Source: Rhodoferax sp.
GTDB lineage: Bacteria; Pseudomonadota; Gammaproteobacteria; Burkholderiales; Burkholderiaceae_C
Reading direction: 5' to 3'
NCBI GenBank assembly: GCA_964201255.1
Contig: CAXNFT010000001.1
Coordinates: 1 to 43,115, forward strand
DNA length: 43,115 bases
Shown piece after piece: positions 8,965 to 18,888 of the stretch (position 1 is its first letter; each line of letters begins with the position of its first letter). The notes beneath the pieces are model-generated. The model saw nothing but the letters and a program-made list of their open reading frames with translations. It did not search any database and had not been told where the DNA came from. Made by a program: the position numbers and the translations under genes.

Positions 8965-11077
8965 CGAGTTCAAGCTCCAAGATATTCCAGCCGCTACGCC
9001 GTATCCGGCAACGTGGCGGCACGACGGTGCTGGTGTCGTATTCGTCGACCAGAAGCGGGCCGAGGCGCCAGTGGGTGCCGATTTCGTCGCGGGACAGGAC
9101 CGGGCAATCCAGCCAGCCGTCGTCCCTACCGAAGTACACACGCCGCGGGTCCGCACGTTGTCCGACTCGAGAGCCGACACGCAGATCCAGTTCGCGAGGC
9201 ATGCCAGAACTCTTTCGTTCGCCGCGTGTGATCACGCGCAGGTTGACCAATTCAGCCACTGCGCCGCCCGAACTGAAACCGTACTTGCGCTCGTGCGCAC
9301 TTGCGAACGTTGCTGCGACCTTGGCCGCCGCCCAGGCGCCCTTCGGTACAGGCACGGTCAGCTCAGCATTTTCGCCGCAATAGCGCAGATCGGCCAGGCG
9401 TTCGAAGCTGGTCTGCTCGGGACCGAATCCATCGCGTCCCAGTGCGGCGGCGCCTTCGGCTTCGAGCGCCGCGAACCGCGCTTCGATCGCGGTGGGGTCC
9501 GCGGTTGTTAGCGCGTGTTTGAAGGTTTGCACGAGGTGATGCTCGGTCTCCGGGAACAACAGCCCCAGCGCGCTAAACACGCCCGAAACCGGTGGTACCA
9601 GGATGCGTGTCATAGCGAGCGAGCGAGCCAACGTCGCCGCGTGCACGCCCCCGTTGCCTCCGAAGGCCATCAACGCAAAGCCGCGCGGGTCGCGCCCGCG
9701 CTCGCTAGAGACGGCACGCAGCGCGCGCGCCATCAGCGCATCGGCCACGATATGGATGCCCCAGGCCGCCTCTTCGAGCGAAATGCCGAAGGGCTGTGCC
9801 ACCTGCTCGGTGATAGCGGCCGCGGCGCGCGCGCTGTCCAGACGCAGCGTGCCGCCGGCCAAGTGCTTGGGGTTGACGAACCCCAGCACAACGTTCGCGT
9901 CGGTCACCGTCGGCACGATGCCGCCGAGGCCATAGCAGACCGGGCCTGGACTCGCGCCCGCGCTCTCCGGGCCAACACGAAGTGCGCCCCCGGAATCGAT
10001 GGTGACCAGACTGCCACCACCGGCCCCGACCTCGGCAATGTCGATTGCCGGTACACCCACGTGATAGCCACCACCGGAGAACAATTGGCCCGACATGTTG
10101 ATCCCCGCGCCGACATGCAGCGAGCCGACGCGATCAAAGCGGCCGTTCTCGACCATCGACGCCTTGGCCGTTGTGCCGCCCATGTCGAACGTCAGCACGT
10201 TGTCATGGCCCAGCCGCGCGGCCAGTTCGGCGGCCCCAACCACGCCGGAGGCAGGCCCGGACTCGATGATGTGTATCGGTCGCTCGCAGGCGGCGTCGAG
10301 CCCCATTGTGCCGCCGCTGGACTGCATGATGCGCAAAGGTGCCTCGATGCCGGCGGCCTGCAGGCGGCTGCGCATCGAGCCGAGGTAACGGCGAACGACC
10401 GGCATGATGTAGGCGTTGACGACCGTCGTGCTTGTGCGCTCGTATTCCTTGATCTCGGGCAACACCCGCGAGGACAGACACACCGGCATGTCCGGGTTGA
10501 GTTCGTGCACCAGCGCGGCGACTTCGCGTTCGTGAACGCCGTTTGAATACGCGTTGATCAGGCAGATGGCAACCGACTCCACGCCTTGGGCAAGCAGGTG
10601 GCGCAGCACTTCCCGGGCGCGAGCGTGGTCCAGCGCGCGCTCGACGGTGCCTGCTGCCGTGATGCGCTCGGGCACCTCGGCTCGATCGGCGCGCCGCACC
10701 AACGTTTGCGGCTTTTCCCACTGCATATCGAACAAGGCAGGCATCCGTAAGCGGCGGATCTCAAGCACGTCGCGAAAGCCCTCTGTGGTGACGAGGGCCG
10801 TACGAGCGCCTTTGCGCTCAAGGATCGCGTTGGTAGCGATCGTTGTGCCGTGAAGCAGCTCACGCACCTGCCCGCCCGAGACGCGGTTTTCGGCGAACAC
10901 ACGTTCGATACCCTCCAGGATTCCGCGGTTGTAGTCGTCAGGCGTCGACAGAACCTTAGCCGTCAGGACCACACCGTTCTCATCGAGAAAAACAATGTCG
11001 GTGAACGTACCCCCGATGTCGACGCCGACCCGGAAATGAGCGGTTTTGACCGTATCGAGACCTGACGCTGTGCCCAT
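8954..11077 (-). CDS. Hydantoinase A/5-oxoprolinase-family ATP-binding subunit (copy 1)
   Basis: GVDIGGTFTD, HGTTIATN, EYERTST, ESGPASG, DMGGTT, GAGGGS, AFGGNG. Confidence 0.93.
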   Translation of the reverse strand: MGTASGLDTVKTAHFRVGVDIGGTFTDIVFLDENGVVLTAKVLSTPDDYNRGILEGIERVFAENRVSGGQVRELLHGTTIATNAILERKGARTALVTTEGFRDVLEIRRLRMPALFDMQWEKPQTLVRRADRAEVPERITAAGTVERALDHARAREVLRHLLAQGVESVAICLINAYSNGVHEREVAALVHELNPDMPVCLSSRVLPEIKEYERTSTTVVNAYIMPVVRRYLGSMRSRLQAAGIEAPLRIMQSSGGTMGLDAACERPIHIIESGPASGVVGAAELAARLGHDNVLTFDMGGTTAKASMVENGRFDRVGSLHVGAGINMSGQLFSGGGYHVGVPAIDIAEVGAGGGSLVTIDSGGALRVGPESAGASPGPVCYGLGGIVPTVTDANVVLGFVNPKHLAGGTLRLDSARAAAAITEQVAQPFGISLEEAAWGIHIVADALMARALRAVSSERGRDPRGFALMAFGGNGGVHAATLARSLAMTRILVPPVSGVFSALGLLFPETEHHLVQTFKHALTTADPTAIEARFAALEAEGAAALGRDGFGPEQTSFERLADLRYCGENAELTVPVPKGAWAAAKVAATFASAHERKYGFSSGGAVAELVNLRVITRGERKSSGMPRELDLRVGSRVGQRADPRRVYFGRDDGWLDCPVLSRDEIGTHWRLGPLLVDEYDTSTVVPPRCRIRRSGWNILELELDGD

Positions 11078-11084
11078 AGACGCC

Positions 11085-12221
11085 TCAGTCGAGATAGACA
11101 CGCGGAATCGTCCGTGCAAGCCGAGGCAGCAACTCCAGCATTGGCAGCGAAACCCACTCGCACAATTCGGCCGCACTGATCAGGTCTTCGCCCTGCCGAC
11201 CCAGCAGCACCACCTCGCTGCCGACCTGTGCCTGCGGTACAGCCGTGACGTCGATCACCATGTGTTCGATGCCGCGGCGCGTCATCAGGGGTACGCGCTT
11301 CCCGGCCACCAGGGCTTCTCCCAGTGGCGGCAGATGGTTGAAGCCGTCACCGAAGCCCATCGGGAAAACCGCCAGGCGTTTGGGCGAGCTCAGCGCCGCG
11401 CCACCGAGGTAACCGACGCTTTCGCCAGCGGCGAACGTCTTGACCTGCAGGATGCGGCTGCAGATCCTCGAGACCACCGCTCGCATGGCGATCTTCCGCG
11501 CCCACTCGCCTTCGAGGAGCCCGAACAGGCAGCGTCCAGGGTTGACGGCATCGAGATGGCTCTCGGGGTGCGCAAGCACCGCATGGCTGCCCGCGGTCAT
11601 GCGCGTCAGGTCGCGCAAGCCGGCTGCGGACGCGATCTCGCAGGCGCGGGAAAAGCGCGCCAGTTGCGCGGCAATACGCGCCGGATCGCCCGGGCCACTC
11701 AAATGGGTGTAGATGCCGGTGACCCGCAAGGAGGCGGAGCGGCGAATGGTCGCCAGCGCGGCTTCGAGATGCTCGAGCGCGATCCCCAGCCGCCCGAGTC
11801 CGACTTCGATCTTCAAGTAGGCCTCGACAGGCTCTCCGAGCGCGGCAAAGGCGTGCACAGCGTCCAGGTCGTGCAGTGTGACCGTTGCCCCAAGGCCGGC
11901 CACTTCTCGGGCCGACTCCGGCAACGTCGACGCATACAGGAGCACAGGGGCAGTTATGCCGGCCTGGCGGATCGCAGCCACATCGGCCGGGTTGCCCACT
12001 GCAACCGCATCGGCGCCGCCGGCCAGTAGGGCTTTCGCGGAAGGCGCAGCACCGCAGCCGAAGCCATTGCTCTTGACCACGGCGACGAAACGGACGCGGT
12101 CGCCGACAAACCGGCGCATCGTGGCTGCGTTGGCGCGCAGTGCCGCCAGATCGATCTCGACCCAGGATGGTCTCAGCATCTGCGCCGCCGTCTCGGACAG
12201 CATCGGGTCGGACCCATTCAT
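11085..12221 (-). CDS. Alanine-racemase-fold PLP enzyme (divergent)
   Basis: RPSWVEIDL, AVVKSNGFGCG (PLP Lys), GLGRLG, GESVGY; several canonical Alr residues are altered. Confidence 0.85.
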   Translation of the reverse strand: MNGSDPMLSETAAQMLRPSWVEIDLAALRANAATMRRFVGDRVRFVAVVKSNGFGCGAAPSAKALLAGGADAVAVGNPADVAAIRQAGITAPVLLYASTLPESAREVAGLGATVTLHDLDAVHAFAALGEPVEAYLKIEVGLGRLGIALEHLEAALATIRRSASLRVTGIYTHLSGPGDPARIAAQLARFSRACEIASAAGLRDLTRMTAGSHAVLAHPESHLDAVNPGRCLFGLLEGEWARKIAMRAVVSRICSRILQVKTFAAGESVGYLGGAALSSPKRLAVFPMGFGDGFNHLPPLGEALVAGKRVPLMTRRGIEHMVIDVTAVPQAQVGSEVVLLGRQGEDLISAAELCEWVSLPMLELLPRLARTIPRVYLD

Positions 12222-12901
12222 CGCACACCCCGATCGACTGTGTGCGGAAACAGGAAATTGCGAGCCTCCGCGTCCATCTCGGTTTTGAAGGCGTACCTGT
12301 CCTTGACCAGATCCGCGCGCACGAACGCGGGACGAGCCGTGATGTCATCCAAATGGCGGCGCAGATGAGGGTACTTGGGCCAGGCGTCGTCGCCGCAGAC
12401 GCGCCCGACGATGCGCGCCCACACCACCACCGACATGTCGAGGATGGTGTAGGTGTCTCCCATCATGTAGCGGCGAGTGGCAAGCCGCTCGTTGACGATG
12501 CCGTAGTGGCGGTCTGCCTCGAACGCATAGCGATTGAGAGCGTACTCCTTGGGTTCCGGAGCTTGGTGCCGAAAGTGAGCGGCCTGGCCAATGTACGGAC
12601 CCAGCCCGCTGGCGGCAAAACAGAGCCAGGATAGCAGCTCACCACGTTCGCTCGCCGGGCCGAGGAATTTGTCGGTCTTCTCCGCGAGGTACAGCAGAAT
12701 CGCACTGCTGTCGAAAACGATCGTCTCACCATCAGCGATGGCCGGCACCTTTGTATTTGGATTGATTGCCTTGAACCCGTCCGAGAACTGCTCACCCTTC
12801 TTGGTGTCGACCGGCACGATCTCGTAGGGAACGTTCGCCTCCTCAAGGAACAGGACGACCTTGAGCGGATTGGGCGATGGATGGTAAAAAAGCTTGATCA
12901 T
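12218..12901 (-). CDS. Glutathione S-transferase (YfcG/Nu-like), copy 1
   Basis: SPNP, INPNTKVPAI, FDSSAILLYLAEK, GLGPY.GQ. Confidence 0.92.
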   Translation of the reverse strand: MIKLFYHPSPNPLKVVLFLEEANVPYEIVPVDTKKGEQFSDGFKAINPNTKVPAIADGETIVFDSSAILLYLAEKTDKFLGPASERGELLSWLCFAASGLGPYIGQAAHFRHQAPEPKEYALNRYAFEADRHYGIVNERLATRRYMMGDTYTILDMSVVVWARIVGRVCGDDAWPKYPHLRRHLDDITARPAFVRADLVKDRYAFKTEMDAEARNFLFPHTVDRGVR

Positions 12902-12958
12902 GACGTATCTCCTTGTGATGAGCGGGGTCGAACGGGGTTGGCGTGAACGAAAGGCAAA

Positions 12959-14629
12959 TCAAGGCGGGTTGGGTCGAGGCGGGATGCTTCGTTCGTCGGA
13001 TCGCGGGTCGAATCCATAGTCGCGACGGGCGGCCTGGACCGACACGAACCCGGCCGCGAGGTCGGCAAGGACCGCTTCGGCGGGCCGCTCGAAGGGGTCG
13101 CCGTAGCCACCGCCACCGGCCTCGGAAGTGACGAGGGTGTCGCCCGGCTGCAGCACGTAGCGGCCCATCGAGTGGACAGCGCGGCCATTCACGTGGACAC
13201 TGCGCAACCGGCCAGGTTGCCCACCGAGCACGCCGGTCGGCGCGAACTCAGTGCATGCGGCGAGTACGGAAATGGTCATCGGATGGCCACTGTCATTACG
13301 CATCTCGATGCGCTGGCCGAGCCCGCCCCGAAAGCGACCAGCCCCGCCGGAATCGACCAGAAACTCCTTGCTCGTGACGAACAGGCCCGTCACGCTTTCC
13401 CAGACCTCGATCGGTGTGCCGGTGATGTTCGAAGGCCCTGGGCAACACGAAGCGCCGTCGCGGTCGTCGAGGGCACCGAATCCGCCTGCCGCGAAGAACA
13501 CGGCGGACACGGCCTCGCCCTCTCGGGTTCGGCCCTGCACGTTGATCAGGTCGAGCATGCCGGAGTCGGCCTGTATCCGATTTGGCAGCGCATGGGCCAG
13601 GGCCCCGAAGATCAACGGCGAGACAAAATGCCCCACGATGTGCCGGCCTCCCGTTGCGCTGGGCGGCCGGCTATTGAGAATGCAGCCCGCAGGTGCGGTA
13701 ACTGTCAGCGGCCTGATGGATCCTTGGTTGTTCGGGATCTTCGAGGTGGTCAGGGTCTTCACCGCATAGACCGCGAAAGCCTGCGTGTAGCAGAACGGCA
13801 CGTTGATCGCTGAAGCGACCTCAGGGCCCGTTCCGTTGAAGTCGATCGCGATCTCGTCGCCGCGGACGGTGACTGCGCAGGCCAGGGAGATCGGGCCGTC
13901 AAAGCCCTCCACCTGCATCGAATTGCGATAGGTGCCGTCGGGGATGCGCTGGATCTCGTGGCGAATCGCACGCTCGGAAAAGGACAGGATCGCATCGGCC
14001 AGTGCCTCGATGCTATCCAGTGCATAGTCGTCCATGAACTCGACCAGCATCCGCGCGCCCATCGAGGTACAGGTAACGTTGGCCACTAGATCGCCAATGG
14101 TCTGTTCGGGCACCCGGGTATTGGCCCGTACCAGCTCCAACAGGTACTCGTCCATCTCGCCACGACGTGCAAATTTGCAGATCGGCAGGCGAAGCCCTTC
14201 CGTATACACCTCGCGCGCTGTCGCGGAGAAGCCGGCTCCGCCAATGTCGGGAAGGTGGGTGATCGACATTACGTAGCCGACCAGTTGGCCACGCCGGAAC
14301 ACAGCCTGCATGACGCTGACGTCGAAAAGGTGGCCCGTCCCTTGCCAGGGGTCGTTGGTGAGCACCACGTCGCCCGGCTCGAGCGATGACGGCGGAAAAC
14401 GCCGCAGCATGTGGGCCAGGGTCATCGGCGCCGTGCCAATGAAGCCCGGGCTTCCGTAGGTGCCCTGGGCCACAGATTGGCCCCGATGGTCAAACAGGAT
14501 GCACGACAGGTCGTAGCTCTCGCGCACGATGTTCGAGAACGAAGTCCGCACCAGGACGTTGATGATCTCGTCGGTGATCGAGATCAGCCGATCCCACTGG
14601 ATCCCGAGTGCAATGGGGTCGTAGCTCAC
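12959..14629 (-). CDS. Hydantoinase B/oxoprolinase-family subunit (copy 2)
   Basis: RESYDLS, TNDPWQGTGHLFD, HLPDIGG, EGL, DSGGAGRFRGG, GGGYGDP. Confidence 0.93.
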   Translation of the reverse strand: MSYDPIALGIQWDRLISITDEIINVLVRTSFSNIVRESYDLSCILFDHRGQSVAQGTYGSPGFIGTAPMTLAHMLRRFPPSSLEPGDVVLTNDPWQGTGHLFDVSVMQAVFRRGQLVGYVMSITHLPDIGGAGFSATAREVYTEGLRLPICKFARRGEMDEYLLELVRANTRVPEQTIGDLVANVTCTSMGARMLVEFMDDYALDSIEALADAILSFSERAIRHEIQRIPDGTYRNSMQVEGFDGPISLACAVTVRGDEIAIDFNGTGPEVASAINVPFCYTQAFAVYAVKTLTTSKIPNNQGSIRPLTVTAPAGCILNSRPPSATGGRHIVGHFVSPLIFGALAHALPNRIQADSGMLDLINVQGRTREGEAVSAVFFAAGGFGALDDRDGASCCPGPSNITGTPIEVWESVTGLFVTSKEFLVDSGGAGRFRGGLGQRIEMRNDSGHPMTISVLAACTEFAPTGVLGGQPGRLRSVHVNGRAVHSMGRYVLQPGDTLVTSEAGGGGYGDPFERPAEAVLADLAAGFVSVQAARRDYGFDPRSDERSIPPRPNPP

Positions 14630-16725
14630 TTTAAGTTCGCCAATTCCACGACCAAATTGCGACGCTCATCGATCATGCCGATGTCACCTGGCCCGAGTAC
14701 GAAGGTCGACTCAGCCTCCTCAATGAGGGCTGGACCCGTCACGCGTGCTCCCGCTGCAAGTGAGTATCGATCGAAGACCTCGCATTCGACATAGCTGACT
14801 TGCTCTTGGACCCATGCCAGCCGTCGACCTTTAAGGGCGTTTTCTGCACCGCCTGCACCGGCAAGCGTGTAGGCCGAGTCCTCGACCGTCTGCGGGACCC
14901 GGACATCGACCTTCCAGGAGGAAATCTCGATTTCGCGGTCTTCGAAGTGAAGGCCGAAGACCCGTCGGTAGGCGGTGTGGAACAGCGTGGCGAGATCGGA
15001 GAACACCGATGCGTCCCCATTCGGCGGCAGATCGACCTCGACCTCATAGCCTTGCCCAACGTAACGCATGTCCAACCGGCAAACCGTCTGCATTTGCGCT
15101 GGTGCTACGCCCGAATCGGCTATGTAGCCGGCCGCCTCTCCCTTTAGACGATTAAACTCCGTCGCGAAGGCCACTGTTGTCAGCTGATTGAGCTTCACCC
15201 TCCATGTGCGCATCACCTCGAAGCCGATCGGGCTGGAAAGGAGTCCGAACGCGGACATTACCCCGGCGGCTACGGGGCAGACGACGCGTGGAATCTTCAG
15301 TTTGCGCGCCACCCCGACGGCGTGGATCGGACCGGATCCGCCGAAAGCGACCATCGAGCAGCGGCGATAGTCGAGTCCGCGCTCGGATGCGTGGACCCGG
15401 AAGGCGCGCGATACATCTTCGTTGATGACCTCATGAATGCCCCAGGCAGCCCGCTCGAGACCCACACCCAGCGGCCGAGCCACTCCGTGCTCGATCGCCT
15501 CGCGAGCAGCTGCCATGTCCAGTGTCATGCGGCCGCCGAGGAATGACTTGGCGCCCAAGTAGCCCAGCACGAGATTCGCATCGGTCAAAGTAGGATGCCG
15601 GCCGCCCAGTCCGTAGCAGGCGGGCCCGGGGTCTGCCCCCGCGCTACGCGGGCCGACGCACAGGGTCCCGCGAGCGTCGATGTGGGCGATACTGCCGCCG
15701 CCGGCCCCGATCTCGATCATGTCGATCACTGGAATACGGATCGGGAGTCCACTGCCTTTCTTGAACTCATGGACTCGTGCCACCTCCATGGTGGTGTTCT
15801 TCAGCGGTTGGCCGCCCTGCACTATGCACCCCTTGGCTGTTGTGCCGCCCATGTCGAACGAGAGCAACTGAGGCAAGCCGAGCGCACGTCCGTGCGTTGC
15901 TGACATCAGCGCACCGGCAGCCGGCCCCGATTCGAGCAGCCGCACCGGAAAACGCCGCGCGACCGCTGGCGACAAGGTGCTTCCGGAGGAACTCATCACA
16001 AGGAACTTGCCGAGGAACCCGAGTTCCTCGAGCCCGCGCTGCAGCCTGGCCAGGTAGCGGTCGACCAACGGGCTCACGTACGCGTTGACACACGCCGTCG
16101 TCCATCGTTCGTACTCGCGCACGAAGGGGTAGACCTCCGCCGACGCCGTTACGGAGAGCCGCGGAAACCGCTCGGTCAGCCAGCGCACCGCGGCGCGTTC
16201 GTGGCGCGGATTGGCGTAGGAGTGCAGGAAACACACCGCAATCGCCTCGACTGCGTACTGGTCGATGGTTCGCCGGAGTGCCTCGTGCACCGACTCGAAG
16301 TCGGGCTCGACGACCGTACGGCCGTCGTGGCCCATGCGCTCGGGCACTTCAATGCGCAGTTGGCGCGGTACTATCGGCGCGGGGAAACGGATTCGCAGGT
16401 CAAACAGGTCGTAGCGCCGCTCGAAGCCGATGTCGAGCGTGTCACGAAATCCTTTCGTGACCAGCATGGCGGTTGGCGCCCCCTTGCGCTCAATCACTGC
16501 GTTGGTGACCAGGGTCGTGCCATGGACCACTCGGTCGATGTCACTCGCCGACAAACACGCCTTTTCCACCAGCGTCCGCACACCGTCAATCACCGCACGC
16601 GACGGGTCGCCGGGCGTAGTCAGCAGCTTGTGCGTATGAACGAGTCGTCGACCGTCGTCGAAAAGTGCGAAATCGGTGAACGTACCCCCGATGTCGACCC
16701 CGATGCTGCAGGACGTTGCGCGCAT
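14626..16725 (-). CDS. Hydantoinase A/oxoprolinase-family subunit (copy 2)
   Basis: GVDIGGTFTD, HGTTLVTN, EYER, ESGPAAG, DMGGTTAK, AFGGSGP. Confidence 0.93.
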   Translation of the reverse strand: MRATSCSIGVDIGGTFTDFALFDDGRRLVHTHKLLTTPGDPSRAVIDGVRTLVEKACLSASDIDRVVHGTTLVTNAVIERKGAPTAMLVTKGFRDTLDIGFERRYDLFDLRIRFPAPIVPRQLRIEVPERMGHDGRTVVEPDFESVHEALRRTIDQYAVEAIAVCFLHSYANPRHERAAVRWLTERFPRLSVTASAEVYPFVREYERWTTACVNAYVSPLVDRYLARLQRGLEELGFLGKFLVMSSSGSTLSPAVARRFPVRLLESGPAAGALMSATHGRALGLPQLLSFDMGGTTAKGCIVQGGQPLKNTTMEVARVHEFKKGSGLPIRIPVIDMIEIGAGGGSIAHIDARGTLCVGPRSAGADPGPACYGLGGRHPTLTDANLVLGYLGAKSFLGGRMTLDMAAAREAIEHGVARPLGVGLERAAWGIHEVINEDVSRAFRVHASERGLDYRRCSMVAFGGSGPIHAVGVARKLKIPRVVCPVAAGVMSAFGLLSSPIGFEVMRTWRVKLNQLTTVAFATEFNRLKGEAAGYIADSGVAPAQMQTVCRLDMRYVGQGYEVEVDLPPNGDASVFSDLATLFHTAYRRVFGLHFEDREIEISSWKVDVRVPQTVEDSAYTLAGAGGAENALKGRRLAWVQEQVSYVECEVFDRYSLAAGARVTGPALIEEAESTFVLGPGDIGMIDERRNLVVELANLK

Positions 16726-16735
16726 GGCAGATGTT

Positions 16736-17764
16736 CTACAGGCACTGCGCCATGGCCGCAATGGCCAGGTCAATGGCGGCGTCGTCAATGTCGCGGTAAG
16801 TGACCATCCGGATGCGGTCTTCGCCGAAAGGCATGGCCAGAACTCCCCGTTCCGCCATGCGCTGGCACAGCAGGTGTGGAGTCAGCCCGGGCACCTCGAT
16901 GACAACGATCAGAATGTTGGTTGCGGGCTCCTGCAGCGTCAGCCCTGCCATCGCGCTTAGCCCAGTGTAAAGACGCCGCGCCCGCTGATGGTCGTCGACC
17001 AGACGGGGCCAGGACTCGAGGGCGACCATGGCCGCGGCGGCCAAAATGCCGGTGGGACGGAACCCGCCGCCGAGCCGGTGCCGAAGCACAAGCGCACGAT
17101 CGATCAACTCGCGCGAACCAGCCAGCATGGCACCATTGGGCGCACCGAGAGACTTGTTGAGGCTGATCGACACAGTGTCGGCGTGGCGAGCAAGTTCGCG
17201 CGGTTCGCAGCCCAGCGCCACCGCGGCATTGAATAGGCGCGCACCATCGACCATCAGATGCAGGCCATACCGCTTCGCGAGCTGCCCAAGCTCGCAGGTA
17301 TAAGCGGCATCGACCACCGCGCCGCCGGCACGGTTGTGGGAGTTCTCGATCGCGAAAGTCGAAACCCGTGGATTCTGCGTGTCGCCACGACGCCCGGCCA
17401 TGCGCTCCCATGCAGCCAGTGGCGGCATCGGGGCAGTACCAGCGACGGACTCGATGCGCACCCCGGATAACACCGCTGGTGCGTTGGCCTCCGACGTGAC
17501 CATATGAGCGTCCGACGGTGCCGCCACCAAATCGCCTGGCCGCGTCAGCAACTGCAACGCTACCTCATTTGCCATGGTGCAGGTCGGGAACAGAAGCGCA
17601 TCTTCGTGCCCGAGGAGTTGCGCCACCTTGTGCTCAAGCAACTGCTGGTGGGGATCCTCGCGCAAGCCGAAGTAGGTGCGCTCCCGCGCCGCTGCGGTCA
17701 TTGCGTCTATCATGGCGCCCGTGGGGCGACTCAGGACATCGCTACGAAGGTCGACAAGTTCCAT
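16736..17764 (-). CDS. Low-specificity L-threonine aldolase family PLP enzyme
   Basis: DLRSD, TMAN, ENSHN..GG, DGARLFNA, SLNKSLGAP. Confidence 0.88.
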   Translation of the reverse strand: MELVDLRSDVLSRPTGAMIDAMTAAARERTYFGLREDPHQQLLEHKVAQLLGHEDALLFPTCTMANEVALQLLTRPGDLVAAPSDAHMVTSEANAPAVLSGVRIESVAGTAPMPPLAAWERMAGRRGDTQNPRVSTFAIENSHNRAGGAVVDAAYTCELGQLAKRYGLHLMVDGARLFNAAVALGCEPRELARHADTVSISLNKSLGAPNGAMLAGSRELIDRALVLRHRLGGGFRPTGILAAAAMVALESWPRLVDDHQRARRLYTGLSAMAGLTLQEPATNILIVVIEVPGLTPHLLCQRMAERGVLAMPFGEDRIRMVTYRDIDDAAIDLAIAAMAQCL

Positions 17765-18114
17765 GAGGGTGGCCGGTAAGTGGACGAAGGTTGACTGAAG
17801 ATCGCCGCGCCTGATGAACATCGCGGATGGGTTACCTCGCAGGACACGAGTTCGCGTCTATGCATGTAGGAAACGATATCAGTTGGTCCCATGGCCGTCA
17901 ACGAACGATATTGCCGGTGAATCGTCGGCTTTCTGCCGCGTGCCGTGCACTCGCTCCGCTGCACCAGCAGTCCTCTCCGGTAGCCGAGCGCGCGGCCATA
18001 GCACGATGAGGCAGCCAAGGAAATCGTCGTCAGCAAGGCAATTGCGGTTGCATTCGACCGAGCTTTTTCCGGGCCGACAATAGGCACTCTGTCTCAACCC
18101 AAAAAGAAGGCCCC

Positions 18115-18789
18115 ATGATCAAGTTTTACTACAACGCTGCACCCAATCCGGCCAAGGTGGCGCTGTTTCTGGAAGAGTCCGGCCTGCCCTATGAGATTGT
18201 CCCGGTGGACACGCGCAAGGGGGAACAACACGAGCCGGCATACACCGCGATCAACCCGAACGCCAAGGTGCCCGCCATCGTGGACGACGGCGTGGTGGTT
18301 TTTGACAGCAACGCGATCCTGCTTTACCTGGCTGAAAAAAGCGGCCAGTTTCTGCCTGCCAACACGCCGCAGGCGCGGGGTGAAATGCTGTCATGGCTGA
18401 TGTTTGTGGCCAGCGGGATCGGGCCCTACAGCGGCCAAGCGGTGCACTTCAAGCGTTACGCGCCAGAGCCAATACCCTACGCCATCGAGCGTTACAACTT
18501 TGAGGCCTGGCGGCACTGGAACATCGTCGATGCCCACCTTTCAAAACAAAGCCATATGGTGGGCAACAGCTACTCGCTGGTGGACATGGCGCTGTGGGGC
18601 TGGGCCCGCGCGGCACACCTGGTGCTGGGCGACGAAGCCATGGCCAAACTGCCCAATGTCAAGCGTCTGCTGGACGAGATCAACGCCCGGCCAGCGGCAC
18701 AACGCGTTGACGCCCTCAAGGCGCAGTACACCTTCAAGTCCGAAATGGACGCTCAGGCGCGCAAGGCGTTCTTCCCACACATGGCTTGA
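18115..18789 (+). CDS. Glutathione S-transferase (YfcG/Nu-like), copy 2
   Basis: APNP, INPNAKVPAI, FDSNAILLYLAEK; clear paralog of 12218-12901. Confidence 0.92.
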   Translation: MIKFYYNAAPNPAKVALFLEESGLPYEIVPVDTRKGEQHEPAYTAINPNAKVPAIVDDGVVVFDSNAILLYLAEKSGQFLPANTPQARGEMLSWLMFVASGIGPYSGQAVHFKRYAPEPIPYAIERYNFEAWRHWNIVDAHLSKQSHMVGNSYSLVDMALWGWARAAHLVLGDEAMAKLPNVKRLLDEINARPAAQRVDALKAQYTFKSEMDAQARKAFFPHMA

Positions 18790-18804
18790 GCCCATGAGAG
18801 CAAC

Positions 18805-18872
18805 CCACTGGCCGACGCGTTGTAGGCTTCGCCACCTTTAAGCAGAATAGGATCGACAGCGGTGATTCGCAT
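18805..18872 (-). pseudogene. Possible N-terminal remnant of a mandelate racemase/enolase-superfamily gene
   Basis: MRITAVDPILL starts 16 bp after the phyH stop, then runs into the GST 3' end. Confidence 0.4.
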
Positions 18873-18888
18873 GGCAGGCTCAGCGTCG

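Noticed and set aside
11085-12221. Assigning the gene symbol alr
   Set aside because: Several canonical residues differ and the context is catabolic
17765-18114. Short ORFs and a CTATGCATGTAG near-palindrome between the aldolase and GST2
   Set aside because: No recognisable protein, and the motif is too short and imperfect to call an operator
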